A stretch of 31,943 nt of DNA from a virus (lineage: Duplodnaviria; Caudoviricetes). The DNA lies in the IMG/VR virus record IMGVR_UViG_3300020220_000207, positions 1-31,943 of that record; one strand, given 5' to 3'. Position 1 is the first letter of the stretch; each line of letters begins with the position of its first letter. The notes under the pieces are model-generated. The model saw nothing but the letters and a program-made list of their open reading frames with translations. It was not told where the DNA came from and did no database searches. A program made the position numbers and the translations under genes. Below are positions 25,701-31,943 of the stretch, in pieces.

Positions 25701-28700
25701 GGATCAATGAGTTTTCCGCGTTTCCGTAATTCTTTTTCTGTGTAATCTCTAAGAGTTTTTATTTGTTCTACAAACTTTTTGGATTTTGCGTCGGGTTGTA
25801 TTTGTTGTTTTACTACAAGCGCGTGAACCATTTCATGTATGGTTATTTGCTCGTTATCTATATAAGACAAATCCATCGTAATAGTATCATATCGTACAGA
25901 ATATTCCACAGCGTTTCTTCTAAGTTTTTTTGGTTTTACCAGTTTAATTTGCTTTCTATATGGCTCAAGCAATTCTGCGACTCTTTGATATACTGGATTG
26001 GGATGTTTTTTAAAGTAATCTAAAACGCCGCCAAAGTTTCTTGCAAGGTGTAATTTTGCCAATTCCGGGGATCTTTTTGTCGGAAGAACGTTTAACAGTC
26101 CGGCTAAGTCTGTGACCTTTCCGGTTGGAGGCGGAGGAGGCGGCGGGGGAGGCGGAGGAGGCGGCGGAGGAGGTGGAGTAGGCGTTCCAGTTTTGTTAAC
26201 TTTTTTAAGCGCATTTTGAATGAACGCTCTTGGTATCTTGTTTTGTTTGTACGCGTCAAGGAAGGCCTTTGTCTTTTCGTACTGCGATTTTTCTTCGTTT
26301 GTTGTAAGGCTTTTCGGATCAACTTTTGTGCGATCCGTTAGAAGGCGGATGTAGTAATCTACCGGATCAACGTTTGTATTGTTAACAAACTGAAGCGACG
26401 GTAGTTCTATTTTGCTTGTCGGTTCTACTTGTCCAGAAGCAACATTCCACGTTTTGGTTTCCAACTTGACTGGCGGAAACGGTGAAAACGGTCCTTCTGC
26501 GGGTAGCGGCACAACTCCGATATTACGCACAGGTTTTTCAAAGACATCTTTAACGCCTTCAAGCGTAGGTCCAGCTATAGGCTGTTGAGATATCTTTGCC
26601 CCAGGCGATCCAAGGAACGTTAAAGGCGGCAGGTTCAACAGTTGACGTTCAGTCTGTAACGCACGTTCGACATCCTCTCTTGTGATGCGCCCTGCGTCCC
26701 AGTCTCTGACAAAACGCTGTGCCGCTGGTGTATTGGTTTCGCGTGCAATCTTTACATACGCCTCTACCGGATCGATGACTACAGGTGTCTCTGGCGTACC
26801 AAATGCCGTAGCTTGAATTTCTTTCGATAGTTTAAACGGCAAGTCAAAAGACTTGATGGCAAATTTGTTTTTTGCCGATGGATGCGGAACGACGTGCAAA
26901 CTATTTGGATCGCCGCCCTGACGCCTGAGAAGATCTTTTAATATGAGGAGCCGATTGTTCGCATCCTTTTCTGACATTGGTCTTGGATCGACAAGTTTCG
27001 GTCTTGGGGAAACTGTAGGTATTGCAGGTTCTGCGATTGTTGAGGTTCGTTTAGCTTTCCTTGCTTCTTCGAGTCGTTGTTTTAAATCTTCCCGATCTTG
27101 CGGAGTAAGAGATTGGCTTTGGAGTTTTCTAACAATCTCCAATTCTTGTTGTTCCGATTGCTTTCTTAACTCGGGCGTCATGACAGACAACCCAGAGGCT
27201 TTTCTCTGTTCTTCTATCTTTGCTTGTTTTTCTGCAACATCCAATGTTGGGGCGGGGAGTTTTTGTGCAAGCGGGCCTTCACGTTTTGCTTGTGGGGCGA
27301 TTTCACCTTCTGCCGTTGGGCGGGGCGGTCCTTGCCGTGGTTGCGGTTTTGGTTGTGCCGCTAATTCTACAAGTCTTTTCTTTAGGTAATTAATTCTTTC
27401 CTTGGTGGTTTGTGAGTTGGGTAGTTTTGATAATTCTAATTCTCGGATAATTTCTACCATTTCTGAAGATGCGGCCCGTGGTCCTCCCGGAGGTTTTTCG
27501 GGAGCGGTTTTCTTCAGTTGCGCGATTTCCTCTAATCTTTGATTTAGACTGGTTCGCTCTTCTGTTGTAAGCGGTATATCTGTACCGGGCTTATTTGCTA
27601 GTTCGATCCGTTTGCGGATATTGGCTTCTTCTTCTTCCAGTCTTTGTAGTACGGGTATGTTTTGGGCTTGTAAATTTTCTCTTGCGGTTTTTTGTTTTTG
27701 TTCTGCTTCTTGTGAAATGCGCTCCCGTTCTGCGGTATCTTCTCCAAGGGGAGTAACTTCTACACGAGGAGAGGGTCCAAACTCTGGCAACGTAGCTCTT
27801 GCTTCTCCTGGCTGGAGGGGTGAAGGCGGCGGAGGAGGGGCCGGGGGCGGCGGCGGTAGAGGTTCAGGGGGTGGGGGAGGAGGGGGCGGAGGTGGTGGAT
27901 ATTCGGTGGGTCGCCTAATGAGACCTGAAATGCCTCCGAGTCCTGCACCTCCAATAGCCGCCATGCCAGCGGTCTCGCCAAGACCTTCTGTGAGCCTTTG
28001 CTCGGGCTTAACCTCCCGCATAGCAAGGTTTTGCGAAAACCGTCCTCCTGTTTCTTCAGCGATCTCCGAGGCGGATTCCCCAAGCGCTCCTCGACCTACG
28101 CGCAACGCCCGACCCTGAATGCTGGGAACGCCCGCAAAGGCCTCTTCTAAGGCTTTGGCACCCGGCAATCTCTGAGCAAGTAGGGAGATGACTGCTCCAG
28201 ACGCTCCCGCAGCACGGGCCAAATTCAAGGCTCCCTCGGCGGCCTCTCTGTCTGAAGCACCTTTAGACTTAAGTTCTGCATAGATGTTTTCGTATGCACC
28301 AGCACCTACGTCTGCACCTTGCTGTACGGCTGCGGCACCAATAGCCCCACGTACACCAGCTTGTGCTGCGGCCTCCGCCCCACGAGCCGCCGTCGCAACT
28401 TTGGCAATCTTTGCCGCGCCAAAAGGTACAAGTAATTGAGGAGCCTGCTCTGCAAGAAAATTTAACAACAGGCCGGGATCTTTGACTGTCTCCCCAAGAG
28501 CCGTTTTGAACGCACCAAACTCTCCCTGTTTTGCCGTGGCTTCTTCAATCGCCTGTCGTCTGGCTTGCTCACGCGCAATCAGGCCGGGGGACTTCAGTGT
28601 TTCTGCATATTCCGAAATGTCTTTACCAAGACCCAAAGTGCCCGTACGACGCATGTCTCCCGTCGCAAGCCCATACAATTGACCTGGAAGCTGTACTAAC

Positions 28701-28894
28701 GAACCAATACCACCGACTACACCAGCACCAATGTCTTGAAGCGCCTCGCCATATGTGCGCTCTTTAGACGGTGGTTGTTGCGGTGCAGGAGCCTGTAACG
28801 ACCTAATGTAATTAGCTAGTTTCCTTGCGCTTTCAGTATCACCAGCAGCATCCGCACGACGCAGTGCGTCATATAGGTCGTTCATATTTGCCAT
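22787..28894 (-). CDS. Large polyvalent, probably internal virion/ejection protein with HExxH motif and LPD38-like C-terminus
   Basis: 2035 aa; Gly/Ala-rich N-terminal region, poly-Pro linkers, TIHEMVH...FEFVTEALSNPEF, C-terminal IPFLNARVQG...RIPKPFELG. Confidence 0.75.
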   Translation of the reverse strand: MANMNDLYDALRRADAAGDTESARKLANYIRSLQAPAPQQPPSKERTYGEALQDIGAGVVGGIGSLVQLPGQLYGLATGDMRRTGTLGLGKDISEYAETLKSPGLIAREQARRQAIEEATAKQGEFGAFKTALGETVKDPGLLLNFLAEQAPQLLVPFGAAKIAKVATAARGAEAAAQAGVRGAIGAAAVQQGADVGAGAYENIYAELKSKGASDREAAEGALNLARAAGASGAVISLLAQRLPGAKALEEAFAGVPSIQGRALRVGRGALGESASEIAEETGGRFSQNLAMREVKPEQRLTEGLGETAGMAAIGGAGLGGISGLIRRPTEYPPPPPPPPPPPEPLPPPPPAPPPPPSPLQPGEARATLPEFGPSPRVEVTPLGEDTAERERISQEAEQKQKTARENLQAQNIPVLQRLEEEEANIRKRIELANKPGTDIPLTTEERTSLNQRLEEIAQLKKTAPEKPPGGPRAASSEMVEIIRELELSKLPNSQTTKERINYLKKRLVELAAQPKPQPRQGPPRPTAEGEIAPQAKREGPLAQKLPAPTLDVAEKQAKIEEQRKASGLSVMTPELRKQSEQQELEIVRKLQSQSLTPQDREDLKQRLEEARKAKRTSTIAEPAIPTVSPRPKLVDPRPMSEKDANNRLLILKDLLRRQGGDPNSLHVVPHPSAKNKFAIKSFDLPFKLSKEIQATAFGTPETPVVIDPVEAYVKIARETNTPAAQRFVRDWDAGRITREDVERALQTERQLLNLPPLTFLGSPGAKISQQPIAGPTLEGVKDVFEKPVRNIGVVPLPAEGPFSPFPPVKLETKTWNVASGQVEPTSKIELPSLQFVNNTNVDPVDYYIRLLTDRTKVDPKSLTTNEEKSQYEKTKAFLDAYKQNKIPRAFIQNALKKVNKTGTPTPPPPPPPPPPPPPPPPPTGKVTDLAGLLNVLPTKRSPELAKLHLARNFGGVLDYFKKHPNPVYQRVAELLEPYRKQIKLVKPKKLRRNAVEYSVRYDTITMDLSYIDNEQITIHEMVHALVVKQQIQPDAKSKKFVEQIKTLRDYTEKELRKRGKLIDPQSGRKWYAFDTATDPFEKGFEFVTEALSNPEFQLLIANIPYARNKSVWSQFVELVANLLGIQNKTVLTQVLSLTESLGKLPRPSSIFSKDIVLSAEEKQKESLKDKIIGTAQQALQKREPLKLSPETSEEFKKDLKNNFAPGNVTIIDKIEALKDNFWQRLAQNIADQFRTVKEYSESGYKQARLSPAIDGGLEGLLFYGEVFNDGGALNIRKGKGLIETLKPVGTEVDNFMIWVAVNRELELLKQGKDASIPSSIMQNAPMLSAGELNGKPRIEVYNAVLKDMNALNKSVLTVAKDTGLINDEAFEKFSKDNYYVPFYKEMEGKDVEGPSTASGLSNQYFSKKLKGGEKQFGDLVENTLRNWSHILSASMKNQALVTTLQDASKASIGGVPVVELTKEPTGSIKAMIDGQKQYFKINDPLLFDSMVALDYMGKQSTFLRIAKTMKNILQWGVTISPQFRVYNLWRDSIQSIALSGLKADPVSNAIEGISIYNKKADNYISAMAGGAIFNFGTYYEGETAPLIKRLIDNGINPDNILDTKDKITKGLRKIWDKYQEAGNAAENANRLALYKQLREKGLSHLEASYQARDLLDFSMHGSWESFRYLTQTIPFLNARVQGLYKLGRDGIIPTARLFYNQDGKPSTGTEREQGERFAKVAMAVMLASATLFYAFKDDEEYKKRDEWDRDNFWWIRLPGMEAAFRIPKPFELGALGTVTEHVLRQVYDEGAEGKEVADMFGRMITQTFAINFPQVIKPFFDLYANTSSFTGAPIESVGLERLSKQERIADNTSELAKAIGGITSLFPGEKTELSPVQAEYLINALLGWAGGTAGVISNYAVMPFKEATLPDAKWMERASLNMIKELPSTQSRYVTAFYENGKAINQAFADMRHYAAIGDAQKVEEIIEEKGDKIALAKFYQKTAEQMSDVRKYIRVVVADPTMSGADKREEIDRLKIILGELAKQAEEVRKSLK

Positions 28895-28902
28895 AGCGAA
28901 AC

Positions 28903-31900
28903 CTATTTAGGATATCTTTTAAGTATTTCTTGAATCTCTGGCGGAGTGTCTTGCTTAGCTATTTCTGCAATAACTTGCGGCAAACGTTTGCGAAGTTTTT
29001 CAACATCGTCTTTTGAAAGCCTGCTAGAAAGCAAGGGGTCTCCAAGCGTTGTGCGAATCTGATCTGCTTCTGTTTTTAATGCTCTAATGCGAGCATTTTC
29101 TTCTGGACCACCTCGTCCAAGCTCTTTGTACGCAGAAAAAGCTTCATGATATTTTTTGTTGGGATTTGCTTGCAAATAGCTTGTTATAAATGAATTAATA
29201 GTTTGTTGTTCAGGCGAGGGCAGTCGAGCGATTCTTTCACGAGCCTCACGATCCAGTTTGGCTTCTAATGCTCGGGCTTGCATTTCCGCAACAGATCTTA
29301 CATTTGCTGCGTTAACTTTATACTGGACGCGTTGTGTATCCGCTTCAATACGTGCAAGAGTCTGCGCGATCTGGGCTTCAATTTGCCGATCTTTTTGAGC
29401 ATATTCTGCGGCGTTACGCTCATGCACCATTTGATCTTTGAATCGACCTTCTGCTGCGGCGGTTCGGGCGCTTTCAATTTCTTGCATCAGTTTTACACGG
29501 TTCATTTCTCTGGAACGGACGAGTTCGTTTTGTTTTTCTGCCCTTACTTGTGAAGCCTCAAGTTCTTGTGCAGCAGTTCTGCCATACCCGGCCATCAGTC
29601 CGCCTAGTCCCCCGCCTCTCGAACCCTCTCCGGCTGCGATGAGAGAATTAATGATACCTGTTAGAGCACGATCTTTTTGTGACTGTTTGAACCGTTCCTC
29701 ATCTGCGCGATCCCTTTCTTCTAGCTTGCTAATATATGCTTCTAATTGACTCCCTGGAAGTTTTCCAAGATATGGATCTGCGGCTTTCGCCTGTTCAAAC
29801 CGTTGTTGATAGTTCGGATATGGAATTTGTGGCCCCATTTGTAATGCAGCCAATCCTGTTTGTGCTGGCCCTGCGGCTGGATATGAGACGGGCTGCGGGG
29901 CTATCGGCGGGGCTTGCGGGGCAGGTTGCGGGGCGGGCTGCGGGGCAGCTTGGACGCGTGGAGATGATGGAGGCGGCGGAGAAGAAGCCGGGGGCGGCGG
30001 CGGTCGAGGTGGAGACGGTGGAGGCGATGCCCCTGAAGGCTGAAAAAATGCTTCTGAAGCACCTGCTGCCTCACTGCCCGCTTGTCCAAGAATTTCTGCT
30101 GCCAACATTGCTCTCGGGTCTATTTCTCGCCTGTTTCTCTCTGCTCTTTCGGCTGCCTCTCTTAATCTTCTCTCCGTTGTTATCGGGTTTGGTACTCTTG
30201 GATTATAAATACGCGCACTAGAACCCCCTCCTTCTTCGGGTGGAAGCCCCCCGTTTCTAAACGACACAATACCACCCGATCTCAATTCCATAGGAACGGG
30301 TAACGAAGCAACACCTTCCTCAGGAACCTCGGGCTGCGGCACCCCCTCTGGAGCAGGTCCAGGTTGCTGCGCCATTTGCTGCATTTGCTGCTCTTGCATT
30401 TGCTTCTGGCGTAACGCCTCCATTTGCATCCGCTGTAATGTTTGCTCTTGCAAAGCCCCAATGCCTATTTCCTCTTCTATTTTATCTTTTATGGTGCTCT
30501 GCGGCATTTGCGCGGGCTGCATCCGCTTTTCCATTTCTTTACGTCGGTTCAATTCTGCCAGCGCAACATATGGAGGAACCTCTGGATTTGACCCATTGGC
30601 AAAATTCATGACCGCTTCAATCGGCATCCCCTTGAGGCGTTCGGAAATCTGTATAAGATTTAATCCCAAACTCCCGCCAGCCATGCGACGATCTGGCATA
30701 CCTGTAGGTAGTTCCATGATCCCTCCGCTATTTCCTTGCTCCATTACTCCGCCCTGTGTGTTAGATGCATTATCTAGCATTGTGACTATACCACCTTCGT
30801 TGTAGCCATTTTCCTGCATACGGACTTCTCCGCCGTTTTTGTAAGACGGAAACTCCTTGCGAAACTGTAACAATTCTTCAGAATTAACAAAACGCGGAAC
30901 CTCTCGACCAGCAGCTTTAAGGTTCCTGGCTAAATCACTCGTGGGGTCAACTTCATACAAACCGATGTTTTGTAGGTCTTTGACACTAAACCAGTTTCCA
31001 CTTTTTACAAAATCTTGCCCAAAGTCCCAGTACTTTTTGGCTACCTCACCATTGCCCTTGCCTTTAATTTGTTGAATCAACGGAGGCATTTTTTCTTTAG
31101 CTAATTCGGTTGCCAATTCAGAGATTTCTCGCTCGTCTGCATTGGTAACTCCGCGAGCACGCAGCATTTCCTCGGCTTGCGGTAAATATTCTTTGACGAC
31201 CCGCCACCTTGGAGCGTAAGGATTAGATTGAACTTCAACCGTCACATGCGGCTGACCCTTCTCATCACGAAGGGAGTAGACCTTGGCCTTTCCTGACTGA
31301 ATGGCCTTGAAGCCACCAAGCCCATAGTAGTCACTGCCCCCATTTTCAGGAGGCTCGTAACCACGGACTGAATGACCCATAGCATCGGACTCGGCTGCAA
31401 ACTGCCCAGGCCTATTCAGTTGCACCCAACGATACTTCTGCTCCGGATAAGCCTTGTAGAGATCCGCCTTGAGCGTCTCTTCAATTTGAAGCTTTTGAAT
31501 ATTCTCTACGCGCCACTTGTTGATCTTATCCACTAGTTCAACCGCTTGAGGCACCGTGACCTTTTGCAGCTTGTCTGGGCTGAGTTGCAACGAACTCGGC
31601 AACCCTGAGTTGGGGTTAGTGGCGTTTCGTAACTCATCAATCAAGTGTATAAAACCTAAGTTGTCATTGTCTCTCTGGGCATCATACAGGGCACGGCTTG
31701 ACATAGAATACAGCGGGGTCTCTGGGCTTAACTTTTTAATCCAGGGGTTGTCTGCTATAAACTTTCGCGCACTGGGAAAATATCTTTCTGCCGATCGTAC
31801 ATAGTCTTCTTGTTTTGTTATGTCAATCTTTCTATCGGCCATGTCTTCCCAGCGTTTGGCCAGATCACTTTGAGCAACACCTTCTTCAGGAAATCCTTCG

Positions 31901-31941
31901 CGCCGACGTCTGTACGTCAAGCCGTAGATGTCCTCGTCATG
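28903..31941 (-). CDS. 5'-truncated large protein: PcfJ-like domain plus Q/P-rich coiled-coil region (probable virion protein)
   Basis: Frame stays open to the window edge (HDEDIYG precedes the track start); ES..MGHSV.GY, VYSLRD..G.PHVTVEV, IQQIKGKGN. Confidence 0.7.
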   Translation of the reverse strand, partial: HDEDIYGLTYRRRREGFPEEGVAQSDLAKRWEDMADRKIDITKQEDYVRSAERYFPSARKFIADNPWIKKLSPETPLYSMSSRALYDAQRDNDNLGFIHLIDELRNATNPNSGLPSSLQLSPDKLQKVTVPQAVELVDKINKWRVENIQKLQIEETLKADLYKAYPEQKYRWVQLNRPGQFAAESDAMGHSVRGYEPPENGGSDYYGLGGFKAIQSGKAKVYSLRDEKGQPHVTVEVQSNPYAPRWRVVKEYLPQAEEMLRARGVTNADEREISELATELAKEKMPPLIQQIKGKGNGEVAKKYWDFGQDFVKSGNWFSVKDLQNIGLYEVDPTSDLARNLKAAGREVPRFVNSEELLQFRKEFPSYKNGGEVRMQENGYNEGGIVTMLDNASNTQGGVMEQGNSGGIMELPTGMPDRRMAGGSLGLNLIQISERLKGMPIEAVMNFANGSNPEVPPYVALAELNRRKEMEKRMQPAQMPQSTIKDKIEEEIGIGALQEQTLQRMQMEALRQKQMQEQQMQQMAQQPGPAPEGVPQPEVPEEGVASLPVPMELRSGGIVSFRNGGLPPEEGGGSSARIYNPRVPNPITTERRLREAAERAERNRREIDPRAMLAAEILGQAGSEAAGASEAFFQPSGASPPPSPPRPPPPPASSPPPPSSPRVQAAPQPAPQPAPQAPPIAPQPVSYPAAGPAQTGLAALQMGPQIPYPNYQQRFEQAKAADPYLGKLPGSQLEAYISKLEERDRADEERFKQSQKDRALTGIINSLIAAGEGSRGGGLGGLMAGYGRTAAQELEASQVRAEKQNELVRSREMNRVKLMQEIESARTAAAEGRFKDQMVHERNAAEYAQKDRQIEAQIAQTLARIEADTQRVQYKVNAANVRSVAEMQARALEAKLDREARERIARLPSPEQQTINSFITSYLQANPNKKYHEAFSAYKELGRGGPEENARIRALKTEADQIRTTLGDPLLSSRLSKDDVEKLRKRLPQVIAEIAKQDTPPEIQEILKRYPK

Positions 31942-31943
31942 TG

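Overview
This window is part of a tailed dsDNA phage genome (Caudoviricetes, probably podovirus-like; no host genes seen). It has five blocks. (1) 1-7777, minus strand: head and packaging genes (TerS, LexA-like wHTH, TerL, portal, a tandem 2OG-Fe(II) oxygenase/prolyl 4-hydroxylase, GroES, scaffold-like protein). (2) 7903-11234, plus: small early-type ORFs. (3) 11212-14348, minus: Toprim primase, SF2 helicase, ParB-like protein. (4) 14457-22798, mostly plus: accessory and recombination genes (VRR-NUC-like, Cas4-like nuclease, ERF, SSB). (5) 22787-end, minus: two large proline-rich, probably virion-injected proteins. The main find is at 14780-16769: a 268-aa Nop/IS110-fold protein with no visible nuclease domain, followed directly by a 36-nt-period dual-repeat array (33 units: GATTGAAAC(A)-N8-GAGAGCACCA-N8). 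This fits a TIGR-Tas RNA-guided locus of the TasA type, here with apparent 8+8 spacers and a repeat identical to the CRISPR ATTGAAAC handle. Other finds: a candidate ~330-nt structured ncRNA with its own near-consensus sigma70 promoter (18899-19261, minus), a palindromic operator-like site present twice (6991-7013, 19544-19566), and a prolyl hydroxylase in the same genome as poly-Pro tracts of up to 17 residues. All calls come from reading motifs by eye; no database searches were run.
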